A stretch of 64,000 bases of DNA from Camelus dromedarius (Eukaryota): NCBI RefSeq assembly GCF_036321535.1, contig NC_087438.1:5892001-5956000 (forward strand), written 5' to 3'. Shown piece by piece: positions 34,836-47,458 of the stretch; positions within the stretch are counted from its first letter, which is position 1, and every line of letters starts with the position of its first letter. Below the pieces are notes generated by a model. The model did no database searches. It saw only the letters and a program-made list of their open reading frames with translations, and had not been told where the DNA came from. The position numbers were made by a program, and so were the translations under genes.

Positions 34836-37444
34836 TACTTGGCTTCCTAATGTCTTTAATTAGTTTTCTTCAATTTCTTTAATTTCCTTTAATGTCTTTC
34901 CTAATTTCTGTAATACTTGAACATAGACATTCCAGATGATTATAAAGTGGTATGATTGTTACCCATCTTTTTGTGTAGAACCTCAAGGATTTAGAGAAAT
35001 GCCAGTCTTTTAAACTTCACAGAAACAAGAGTGGAAATGAAGAGACCCTTAACATCCCTCCTTTTCCCATGTGTTGGTTGTTATCTAGCTCTTATCTGTC
35101 AGGTGGGAAGGCCACCAAGAATCCAGGGCACGTTGGGAAGGGGACTGCCCTGGGGCACTAGCATTGGGTCTGCAGCCTGATGGGGGCAGACCTGTTGCCT
35201 CTCTCTGCCCCCTGCACACCTTGCATCCTTCTGCATCCGGATCTTCTACTTTTCAGTTAATATCTGTGATGCCGAGTCTCATCTGAGCAAAAGACAGCCA
35301 GCCTTGCTCTTGCATGATTGTTTTGGAGTCTCTTCTCTGAATCCAGATGAGGCGAGCCCCTTGGAGGAATCCTGCACACGTAGTCAGAATGTCTGGGCAA
35401 TTCCCAATTCTCTGGGAGGACATTCAGCCAGATGCTGTCCAACACATTAACCTGAGAAGCTGAAGCAGAGGGAAATCCACTCTGATAAACACAGAGCAAG
35501 GGGTGTTGGTATCAATTGCCATGAATATATAGAGAGATAAACCACTGCAGACTTTGCTGTCTGACCTTCAAGGTGTAAGTAAAAGCAGTTAATTTAAGTT
35601 GTTGGACCAATGCATCGAGCAGCAAGGTCACCCAAGACGTCTAAGAGGGCCAGGGTTTCTGGGGAGCTTCAGGACACTCAGCACGCAGATCTTTATTCCA
35701 AAGCCCTGCGGGTGCCTGACGGCTGCATCGTTGGTGCTGCAGGAGGACTGTGTATCTCGGCCCGTGCTTCCCAGGCAGGGAGCAAAAAACCACACCTGCA
35801 AATTTGCACAACTCAGGGACTCTGAGGCCACCCCAGGGACCTAAGTCCTTTTATCTCAAATCAGAAGAGAATTTCAAGGGTTTGGAAGCAACAACACTGA
35901 TTGTCATTAACAAGAAAATATCCACTTAATGGTTATCCAACCTGATAAAAGAGTGAAAGTAGCATATATTAGACACTTAACAAAATTAAAAATTAAATAC
36001 TTTTATTGAAAGCCATTAGATGAGCCAGATGTCATTAAATTATTCCCAAATTTACATTTTTAAGACATGATTGAAAATGAGTTTTCCTAGATGATTTTTA
36101 TTTTAGAGGAAGGCCTTTTTCTAAGAACTAACTGAAAGTTACTTATTTGACAGCCAAGAATCATCATGAGCATTGATTCATTTATTTGTCCACTCATGTA
36201 TACATTCATACATTCATTCAATGTTATAGAGATTCTGCCATACTCTCTGCCCCGAGTTGGTTGGTGGGGGCGAGGGGAATGGGCTCAGCTTTCTGTATGT
36301 GGCACCCGTTGGCTACCTGGAGGAGAACGTCAACATTATTTCTAGGAAATGCAAACAGACCCTAAGGCCCCTTAGATTCGCCCTCTTCTTTTTTATTCTG
36401 CTGATTGACTTCTTCTCTGCCCTAAACAACTGAGGTATTAATTATTGACACTGTCTGACAAAAGGCAACAATAATGGATTCACATTTTTCCCTCCCAATC
36501 TGAGGAACCAATAGTCAATATAAAAGTTCAAATTCATTATAAGGAAAAAAAGATTTATAAGAAAAATATTTCCCCAGCTGTAAATTTTTAAATAATTTTT
36601 GAACTCACAAGAAAGGAAAATATTATTTAAATGCAATTTAGAAAATAGGTATATCTTTATTGGCATCATTCTCTAATTATCAAATTTAAGATGAAAACAT
36701 TTCTAGTTTGCAAAGTTAAGGATTGAAGCCCAGGCAATAATGGATTTAAGTATAAAAGTGTAGAGGTGTCACTAGCGCACATTTCCTTTGTAAATAGATG
36801 TGATGAATTTCACAGTGGAAGATAGCCCCTGAAAGTCTGCAGCGCTGAATCATATTTTAACCTTTAGCTCTGTGACAGAAGAAAACATTAACTGTCATCT
36901 TACTCGCATTGCTTTTGCAGTTGTCAGAGTCTATCATAAAATCCTGGAATCTTCCATCATCCCTCTGAAGTCCAAGTGTCACACTGAGACTCAGCCTCCT
37001 GCCCCCGCTTCCTCTGAGATAGGACTCTAGGAGGTGCTAATAGTGACAGATATTTTGTTTTTGTTTTTTAAGTATAGTTGATTTACGTTCTTAGAAACAA
37101 TGATCAGTACATATACGTAAACTAAAAAAATACGTGCAGTATATTGTACATATGTATTTACATGCAGTGTAATGTATATGTGCAGTCAAACTACTACCTC
37201 TACCAAATTAAACTGAAAAAGGGGAAAATAAATGCAGAAAAAGCGTTTGATAAAGTATAATATCCTTTCAGATTGGGTGTAGAAGGAACGTACCCTAACG
37301 TTACAAAGGGCACATACAACACACACACACATACACACACAAAGCATTGATGGATATTACTGTTGTGAAAGGCAATACTTCTCTTTGTTAATTCACTCAG
37401 ACAGAATATCTCAAAATAAAACAGATTAAAGTGAAAAAAAAAAG

Positions 37445-37585
37445 AAGTACAGTTGATTTACAATGTTTGTTAGTTTCTGGTGTACAGCATAGCGATACAG
37501 TTACATACATAGATACATAGAAATAGGTTATTACAGGATATTGAATATAGTTCCCTGCACTGTACAGTAGAAACTTGCTGTTTAG
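37445..37585 (-). mobile_element. Artiodactyl-type L1 3' end
   Basis: 'gaagtacagttgatttacaatg...tgtacagcatag...gatattgaatatagttccctg...tacagtagaaacttg'. Confidence 0.75.
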
Positions 37586-38044
37586 TGACAGGTTTTTAAT
37601 CTTTTTAAACATTAACATTTTTTAAAAGGTCCCTTCTGCTGCTCCAGCTATTAGAGGAGCACTTTGAAGTTTGAATACAGTGATATATTTGGTTTGAATA
37701 CGTGAGGAGAACCCAGTGGCACAATAATGTACAGTTAAATTGCTCTCCATTCAGACAAGGCATGCAGTCCCATGAAGCGTGGAGTTGGATGGTCAGATGG
37801 AGCCAGCTGGAACACACAAACATTCCTCAGGGATATATGCAAAATGACTTACCTCTGTAGGATATTTACAGGAGTATCACTAATCGGTATAATCAAGCTT
37901 GCCAAATGACATTAGGAAAAACTCAAATTTTGAAAGAACAGACTAAAATGCCAGAGGTAGACACTATACCAACATACGCTGTGATGTTTAATTGTATGGG
38001 AGTTGCCATACGTTGTCAAAGGGTGCTGGTTTTCATCTACTTCT

Positions 38045-38195
38045 AAAAGTAGATTTCACCAAAAAAGAAAAAAAAAGGTAACTACATGAGAAAATGGATG
38101 TGTTAATCAGCTTGGCCATAGTGATCATTTAACTGTGTATATGTATGTCAAAATATCTTGTTAGACACCTTTAATATGTGTAATTTTTATTTAAA
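38045..38195 (+). mobile_element. L1MA8-10-like 3' end
   Basis: 'ggtaactacatgag...atggatgtgttaatcagcttg...aatttttattt'. Confidence 0.65.
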
Positions 38196-40659
38196 TTTTT
38201 TATTAAAATTATTTGAAAGTAACCATAATTCACAGTTTCATTGGCATCCCAAGTGATTTAAGATGTTTATTTTGGAACACAGTAGCCTTTCCACAGGGCT
38301 GGGCTCAGAGCTAGGCTGCAGTTTATGACTAGTGTAAGACAATTTATGCTGTAGTATTTTGTGCTATTATGTGCCACTTTGAATTTATTACATCAGAGAC
38401 TTTCAATCGGATTTCTTTCTTAAATTTTAAAATTCACAAAATGTGAGGAAAGAACAAAACCTTTTTGCACTGTGCAACTGCTACCAATTTCATCTCAGAG
38501 ATTCCTCTGGGTACCTACAGAAAAGCTGGAGCGCATTTGAGAGATGTAGTCATGTATTGGACATCAGGCACACTCCAGGACGTCAGACTCAGGGTCGAGC
38601 CAGCCAGCCAGGGGTGTACCTCTGTTGGATCCCAAAGTGGATGGGAGGTGTCTCTGTGCAACTCAATCTGGTGTCACGATATTTCAACATTAACCATGTA
38701 AAAGTTATTTTGATTTTCTGCTGATGTTTACTTAACTGACAATAGCTGTATTACAACAGAAAGGAGTTCTCTGGAAAACTGAAGATTTAATAGGAAATTT
38801 TTATTAAATGCATCATTTTGATTTGCAACCTTATGATGAAGTTTTTAAAAAATCACCTTCTACATTTGGATTGCCCATATGTTTCCTTAATAAGTTGCAA
38901 TAAAAATAGAATTTAAAGAGCATGAAGCATCCCATCACTTTTATCTTTCATTTAATTAAGCTTTTCTCGCTTCATAAATCATATAATCCTACTTATATGG
39001 ATCATGGTATAGGTGGCTTTTCCTTAGATTTGTTGAATGTTATTGTCTTTTTAATATGCTTTTTTGCATATTGTCAAAAACTACTTATGTGTCAGCTGTT
39101 CATTCTCATTGTATTTTAAGCACACTTATGTCATTTTATGATCATCAAGAAGCTTAATATGTCAGCATAGAGAAATTTTGTATGGGCGGAATAGGAGAGT
39201 GTAGTTTGAATGGAGGACAGAATATATAACCATTCCAGATATCGTGTTCTGACCTCTGCTGACTAGAGGTTGGGGCTGAGATAGAATTGAGGTAGGGACG
39301 AGAATTCCACCAGTCTTTGGCTGATCCTGAGCTCCTGTGGGTGACGTAAGAGAGATAAAGTTATTCCTACAATTCATGAAACCTGATTTCTATTCATGCG
39401 CATGACCCCCAAGGAAACAGAGATGGGGTATATTTTTATTTGGATTTATGTTTGTCAATATATTCTCTGAGTAAACAATAGAATTACTCTAGGCAGTCTT
39501 ACTTTTCAGACTTCCTAAAGAGTTTTCTGTTTCCTTCTTTTTTTTCCTGCTATGGAGTGTGTGTGTGTAAATGAAAATTGGGGGGTTTAGGAAATGTACT
39601 TTCTTATATAGGTATATATAGATTTGCCTTTCTTTATATTTACAAACCACTGAAGTTGAGGTAAGTTGCTTGTTGTAAGTACTGTTTTAATTTTTTAACA
39701 TTAACTGGAAATTCAAAAAGCTTATAAAAATACCAAGGCAACTAGTGTCCCCAAAGTCAATTTCTCTTGCTTAGATTTCAGTAAAACAGCAATATGCACT
39801 TTCTAAGTTTAGTCTGTGCTTTAAGGCAGAGAAAAGCAACAGTGCCGAGGAATCCTAGCTGGCCCAGGAGGTTAGCGAAGGGTTGTTGGTTGCACCTCTG
39901 CAAGTAACCGGTTTGGTTTAGTCCAGGGCGGCAGTAGGTCAGTGACGGGTCCAAACCATTTCAGCTCAGTAGCAGTTTGCATAGTTCCTGTGTTCTCATC
40001 TCTCTGTGTCATCGAGCTCTCTTTGCTCTTTCTCGTCATCTGTGCACAGGAGAAATTCAGGTGGGAATGGTACCACAATATCCAGAAACTAAGCATCCAC
40101 TACTAAGACCTTTTGGAGGCTGAATGTTGCCTGAAGCTATTATCATGAAATAATTCCTGAAAGGTGAAAGGAAACCCACCATTTTATTAAAGTTTTTGTT
40201 TTTTAATCATATTTGTCTTCAAATCCAGGATGAGAAATTTTTGGGGGTCAACTTTCAATAATAAAACTAAGAAAACATGACCACTAAATTGATTTATTAG
40301 GCTTTTTTGTTTGTTTTTACCTTTGAATTTTAATAGCATGTTGAAATATACTCTACATACTGTGCAATTCACTCATTTAAATATACAACCAAATGTTTTT
40401 TAATACTTTCATGGTGTTGTGCAACCATCTCTAAAATGTAACATTAAAATATTTTCATCACTTCCAAAGAAACCCTGCACTAATGAGCAGTCTATGATAT
40501 TTTATTTAAACTCCACTCATTTCTGTTAGCATTTGTTCCATTTCTGAAATAATATATTTTAAAATCTATCAAATAAGATATTGATCCAATATTCCCAGAC
40601 ACTCTAATTCTATTGGTATATGGGTTGTAGATATACCAGCAACATCTAATTCAAAGTCA

Positions 40660-43465
40660 ATAATCCAAACAAATAATAAAATGGCAGATCTCAATGTTAA
40701 AATGCTAAGAATTAACTTAAAAGTAAATTTCAAGACCCGCAGAAATTGTCAGAATGAACTAAACCAATTAATAACTCACTCAACTATACACTGTCTAGAA
40801 GAAACTTCAAAGATAAAGATACATATAAGAAAAAAGGGAAACAAATTAGAAGAAGATAAGCCACATAAAAACTAAGCAAACAAAAGCTGAGGTCCAGGCC
40901 AATTAGACTCCTGGAAGAAAACATTCTAGGAACAAAGAAGGACATTAGATAGCAATTAAAGTGCTAGTCAACAAAAAGACATAACAATCCTAGAAGCATA
41001 GGTACCAAACAATAAGGGTTCAAAATACATGAGGGAAAAACTAACAGAACTAAAAGGAGAAGCAGATGAATTCACAGTTACATTTGGGCACATTAATAAC
41101 CCCCCTCTTTATAGTTAACATATTTGGTATAGACTGAAAATCAGGAAGTGTACAAAAGAACTGAACACCACCACTGACAAATGAAATCTACTTGACATTT
41201 ATAGAACCCTCCAGTCAACAACAGAAAAATACACATTTTCTTCAAGTGCCCAAGGAATATTCACCAAGATAGTCTTTATCCTGGTTCATAAAATAAACCA
41301 AAAGAGTTAATAAATACGAGAAATCCTAAAAGTAGAATTCATAAAAGTATGTCCTCTAACCACAATGCAATTTAATCAGAAATCAGTCACAGAAAGATGG
41401 GAGGAAAACCATCAAAGGCTTGAAATTTAATCAACATACATCTCATAATCTGTGGGCGAAAGAGAACGTCTCAAAGGAAATTTGAAAAATGTATATACTG
41501 AACTGAATGAAAATAAAAATACAACATATCAAAATATGTGGAAATCAAATGACGTTTTGCTGAAGGGGAAAGTTACAGTACTTGCAAACAAAGAAAAGCC
41601 TGAAATCAGTTATTTGACTTAATAGGAAAGAACAAGAACAAAATAAATTAAAAGCAAGAAAATAAGAGCAGAATCAATAAAAAATGAAAACAGAGAAGTA
41701 GAGAAAAATCAGTGAACCAAAACTGGTCCTTTAAAAAGATCAGTAAAGCTGATAAACCTCTAGCAAGACTGATAAAGAAAAAAGAGAACACTCAAGTGAC
41801 GAATATTTGTAACAAAGAGTAATTATCACTACTGATCTCACAGACATCACAAAAATAAGAGAACACTACAAATCGCTCTGCACAGAAATTAGACAACGTA
41901 GAGGAAATAGATCAATTCTTTGAACAGTGCAAACTGTCAAAACTCACCCAAGATGGACCAAATAATCTGAATACTCCTACTAACATAATGGAAATGTAAT
42001 TAGTAGTTCAGAACTTTTCAAATAAGAAATTATCAGGCTTAGGTAGTTTTGCTGGTGGAGTCTATGAAATTTTAGAGAAGAAATAACAACTCAATATCAT
42101 TCCTTCCTGAAAATAGAAAAATTGCCTCCAAAATTATTGTTTGAGTACTGCATTTTCCTGATGCCAAAACCAGGCAAAGACATCACTTTGGAAAAGAAAG
42201 AAAGAAAATTATAGACCAACATTCCTCAAGAGCGTAAACATAAAAATCCTCAACAAAATATTAGCAAACTGAATCTAATTGTATATAGAAAAAGTGTACC
42301 TCCCTGCCAACAAAGAGGGGTGGTTTTTTCCTGGGACAAAAGGAGAGCCTAGTATTTTAAAAATGTCAATCAATAGAATTTACCACGTTAATAGTCTAAA
42401 GAACAAATACCACATGACCCTATCAATTGATGGAGAAAAAGCATTTGGTAAAATTCAACATCTATTCTTGATTAAAAAAAATAATAATCTCAGCAACTTA
42501 GAAATAAGAGAGAATTCTTTCACCTTGAAAAAAAGCATCTACAAAACCCGGCAGCTAACATCACGTGTATGTTGACAGGTACAGGTACCAAGGAAAAGAG
42601 CTCTGGATGGCCAGTGCTGCAACAATTTGGGCAAAATAAATAAATAGATAAAGTATTATTAAACTACAAACCAAAGTATAAAGTAAATACCAGTAAGTCC
42701 ATACTAATATAATAATGAAATAAATTAATAAATGAGGGAGAAGAGAGCAACTTTACGTGAAGAAGAATGCTGAATAATTTTTCTAGATTTTTCATTCTCA
42801 AGAAGGGAGATCACAACCCCTATTCCTTAGGTATGGGCTGTGCATGGTGGCTTCCTTCGAGTACCTTATGGAAAGGGTGGGGGAATCACTTGACTGGGAG
42901 GAAGCCTGCAGACACCACCTCCACCAGGAATCAAGGTCAAAATCAGCAGTGATGAGCTGTATTAATAATATGTGCCCTGACGTCATGTGATAAAAATGGC
43001 ACTTAACCTCTGTGGTTTTCCTCCCCCAAAATCCATAATCCCAGTTTAATCATTAGAAAAATATCAGAAAAATTCAGTCCAAGGACATTCTCTAATAACT
43101 CACCAGTACTTTTCAAAATGGTCAAAGTCATCGACATCAAAGAAAATCTGACAAACTTTTATAGCCAAAAGTAGTCTCAGGGCAAATAACAACTAAACAC
43201 AGTGTAGTATTCTGGATGGGATCTTAGAACAAAAAAGTGTATTAGGTAAAACTAAGAAAATACGAATAAAATATGGGCTTTATGATTTTACTGATATTTT
43301 AAAATAACACGTCAATATTGGCTCATTAATTGTAGCCAATGAACAATAGTCATATAAGGTATTAATAATAGGGGAAACTGGGTGTAGGGTAGATGGGATC
43401 TCACTGTAATATCTTCTCAAACTTTCTGTAAATATAAAACTGTTCTAAAAACTAAAACTGACTTA
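40660..43465 (+). mobile_element. Old L1 (L1MC/MD-type): decayed ORF2 (endonuclease to early RT) joined to 3' UTR
   Basis: Relic motifs TVTFGHINNPL (~IVGDFNTPL), SNHNAI (~SDHN), YRPTFLKSVNIKILNKILAN and HMTLSIDGEKAFGKIQH (inside ORF 42279-42575). Many stops. 3' UTR-like sequence from ~42580. Confidence 0.85.
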
Positions 43466-43469
43466 AAAT

Positions 43470-44630
43470 CAACTACTGCATTTCACCATCTTATGAGAAT
43501 AAAACAGGAAAAAACATAATCTTGTAAGGTATGCATAAAAATAATTTTACAATATCCAACAACCATTTATGATGAAATCTCTCAGCAAAATTGGAATAGA
43601 AATTAACTTCCTCAGTCTGATAAAGAGCACATCCAAAAGCCCCTACAACCAGCATCACATCTAATGATCAAGTTTGAACGCTTTCTTACTATGATCAAGT
43701 ATAAGACAAGATGTAGTTCTTACTTCCATTACACATTAAAACAAGAGGTGGACCAAAGACTTTTAATAGATATTCCACAGAGCAATACATATGAATGGCC
43801 AATAAACCCATTAAAAAGTTGTCAATCTCATTTGTCATTGGGGAAATCCAAATTAAATTTGGAATGAGATAACATCTCACACCCAAAAATGACCACCAAA
43901 ATGGCTAAAATTTAGAAGACTTATAACACAAAATGTTGATGAGAAATGGGACAGCTGTTACCCTCATGCAATGTTAGTAGGAATGTAATGTGGTACACAC
44001 ACTTTGAAGTGTTGTGGAGTAGAAAATATTCTGATGGTTTCTTAAAAAGCCAAACATATACATTTTCTAAAACCCATAATTCTAATCCTATTTATTTAAG
44101 AGAAATGAAAACATGTTTATGAAAAGACTTGCCCAAGAATGTCCATAGCAGCTTTATTTACAATTGTTAAAAACTGGAAAACACCCCTGGTATCCATCAG
44201 TAGATGAATGGATAAATAAACTTTGGTACCTTCCTACAATGGAACATTACAGTAAACACGAAAAAATGTGTGATCCGTGCAGGAACACGGATGAATCACA
44301 AAAACCTGTTAGACAAAATGCCTTATACACAGTAGAATATGTGCATTTCCTTGTGTATAAATTTTATGTAGTATCTATAAACAAATATTGAAATCTAGTT
44401 CATGGTATACATATTGAAACATTTAAAGGGTTGTATACTGATGTCTGCAGTTTGCTTTGAAGTGCTTCAGAAATGGATTAAGTGATTACTATCTGGATAG
44501 ACAGGTTCATAGATAAGTGATGAAGCATGTATAATAGAATGGCAATGGCAAATTCTCGGTGGTAGGTATTTGGATACTCATTATAAATGCCTTTCAATGT
44601 TCTGTCTTTGAAATTTTTCAAAAATAAATC
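43470..44630 (+). mobile_element. Second, older L1 (L1ME-type): ORF2 end and 3' UTR
   Basis: Repeats the RT segment already seen at ~42400, then 'atccatcagtagatgaatggataaataaact' and 'tttgaaatttttcaaaaataaa'. Confidence 0.75.
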
Positions 44631-45711
44631 TCCGAAAAATTACTGTTCTTTATAAAGATGTCATTTTCCCACCAAAGCAAAAAATAGGCTGATGCAGAAA
44701 TTGGTTTAAATCAGCTCACTCCATCTTAATAAGTTCACTGAGCCCCTTGTTTGTCATTTTTTATTTTTATATTTTATATTCATAACTTTTCCTATTTCTT
44801 CTTACTGCTGCAAGCCAACAATGGAATTATGTGCTCCTAAAGATTGTGATATCTCAAGAGACTTCAGACTAGCAAACTTAATTTCAGAGAAGGCTCTTAT
44901 TGACTGACCTATATTTATGTGCAGTGTGCATGGTGGGTAGAGCATACAAACACCAGTAATCCCCCACCAGGATGCATATTTTAATAACTGCTTTAAGGGA
45001 GCAAAGGCTTACAGGGTCTGCTCCCAGCATGTTCCTTACTCCAGGGTCTTAGCTAAGTTTTAAACCCTGAATACAGCAAAGAGGCTACATCTTACCAGAG
45101 TGCTGTGAAATCACTCATGTACTGAAGTTAACAGTATCTGTTTTCTTCATATGCTATCTTCTCAGCCAGCACATAGTATCCATGCCCTTGGAATCAAAGT
45201 GGATAAGTTTTACACAACTGGACAGAAAAGGTAGTTTTATATGATATTCTTTGAAGTTGAGTTGAGTTAGGGTGTTCTAAAAGGGATAGTCCAGGAAGGC
45301 ATACGATGGCGGGGCAATGAGGCATAGGGAACTAAAGGATAGAAGGATTGACCCTGCCATGGGCTCTGCCATGACTCACATTCCTCAGTAGGAACCTGTG
45401 GGAGCAGCCCCACGGCTCTATCTGTGGGATCATCTCATCCTGTTCCCGCACAGCCACTCTGACATGGCGGCATCAGCAGGTTTAATCTGAATTTTAGATG
45501 TTCTGGGCACTTGGTCAAGAAGTGAATCTGTGTGGGCACTGAGAAGCCGAGCTTTGGTTATCTCAAGGAAGGGTAACCACATGCAGTGTGAAGGTGGCTG
45601 CTAGGGTGTGTCTGGCAACACAGTGATCGCCGCAGTCCTGTCTCAGCCCTGTGGAAAGGAGTGGGGCTGTAAAGAAAAACACATCAACTGAGAAAAAAAA
45701 AAAAAAAAGAT

Positions 45712-46089
45712 TGTATATTAGTTAGCTAGGCTGCAGCAACAAAGTATCGTAGGCTGGACAATTTAAACAACAGACATGTGTTTTCCCACAGTACTGAGGC
45801 TGGAAGTCCAAGATCAAGGTGTTGGCAAGGTTCATTTCTTCTGAGGCCTCTCCTTGGTTTTCCGATGGCCGTCCTCCCCCTGTGTCTTCGCGTCATCTTC
45901 GCTCTGTGAGTGCCTGTGGCCTAATTTTCTCGTCTCATAAGATCACCAGTCATTGGATTAGGGCGCACCCTAACATCCACATCTGAACTTCACTGCTTTT
46001 TTAAAAACCCCAAATGCCATCACCCACTGCGTCTTGGAGGTCGGAATCGCTCATGTGAGTTTTGGAGGGACACAATACAGCCCATAACA
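45712..46089 (-). mobile_element. MaLR solo LTR (MLT1A/B-like)
   Basis: TG...CA ends; 'ggctggaagtccaagatcaaggtgttggcaag...cttctgaggcctctcc...ggacacaatacagcccataaca'. Confidence 0.85.
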
Positions 46090-46249
46090 AAGTCCTTTTC
46101 CTCTGGCTGTTGTGCAAATGTTGAGGCAAGAATGTGTCATTTTAATAAACTGTAACATGCAAGAAAGGGAGAGGTGCTTTCGTACTTTGCAACAGACCCC
46201 TCTGCATCCTTTACTTTTTTAGTGATGGGGGAGCAGGCTTGCTTGTGAG

Positions 46250-46797
46250 CACAAGGATGCTGTGCCTCCCTAGGTATCCAGGTGAATGCTTGAGGGGTGT
46301 GCTGGTTGCACGACATTCGCTTTAATATTTACTTATCTCCTGCGCTACACTGTGACATAGTGCCAACTCCAAGAAGTTCCCTCGTCATCCGCTTTCCCTT
46401 TCAGTTTGACCACTGGGAGTCACTCCCAGGAGACTGAAAAGGAGACACATAGTAACCAGAGTATTTCTACGCCCACCTCTCTGCCCGGGGCAGTGTTTCC
46501 AGCCGTAGCCTTGTTACTGCTCCAGCTCCTGCTGAAAGCACTTAGCTCCAGGGTTCCAGTTTCTTCTGGGCTGCCCCCAGTATACGTCCATCCTGTCAAT
46601 ATGTCCCTTGCTTTTGGTTACTCCAAACACTACCTCTTCCCAATGTTGGGCTGACAGCTCCTTCATGCAGTTAAACTGCCACTCTGGCCTGCTTGCCTTC
46701 TCACTATCACCTATGTGACAAATCCTTTTATTAAACTCCCTGTATTTAGAATAACTGGGGTGGTTTTTGCTAGACTGCCCGGGGCCTGACTGGTATG
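46250..46797 (+). mobile_element. ERVL LTR (LTR40/41-like)
   Basis: 'gaccactgggagtcactcccaggagactg', 'ccagctcctgc', ATTAAA near 46730, 3' 'cctgactggta'. Confidence 0.55.
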
Positions 46798-46934
46798 GTG
46801 GTCATCTATCGAGGGCTTGCTTCCACAATCAAGTGGAGGTGAGAGCCAGTGGAATTTGGGCTGTTACTATTCATGTGCCCCCATTTGTACAGATACTGTG
46901 ATTCCTGTAGGAAAGCTCAAGGCATATGAGATCA

Positions 46935-47458
46935 TGTCTTGGTTATTGCTGTTAGCAAACCCCTTAGACTTAACGGTTTAAAATACCATTTATTTACATG
47001 TGATTCTGCAATGTGGGCGAGGCTAGAGGAGAAAGCAATACTCTGCTCTATGCGGTGTCACCTGGGTGGCTCAGCTGGTCTCTAGAATTTATTTCCAAGA
47101 TGGTCTCAATCACATGGCTGGCAAGTTGGTCTCTTTTTTGGCTTCTGCTATTTGTGGGGGCCTCGTTTTCCTCTGTGTCCTCTCCCCATCATTCACAGCC
47201 TGGCAATCCTGAGGAACTTGGAAGTCTTACCTGGCAGCTGGCTTATCTCAAAGCACAAGAGTCAAAGTTGACAGATGGCTGCGCTTGGAAGTTCCAGACC
47301 ATCAGTTCTGTTGTTTAGAGCACTCAAGGGCTGGCTCAGATTCCTAGAGAAGGAAATAGATTCCTCTTTTGACAGGGGCTGGAAGGGACAAAAGACCATT
47401 GCAAAGAACATATGTGATGAGAAATAGAGTTGTTGCCATTTTATTAACAATCTACCAT
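46935..47458 (-). mobile_element. MaLR LTR (MLT1G/H-like)
   Basis: 'ttccaagatggtctcaatcacatggctggcaagttgg', 'ggaaatagattcc', end 'acaatctacca'. Confidence 0.7.

Noticed and set aside
42279..42575. 98-aa ORF with reverse-transcriptase-like motif
   Set aside because: Fragment of a dead L1 ORF2, surrounded by stops and frameshifts.
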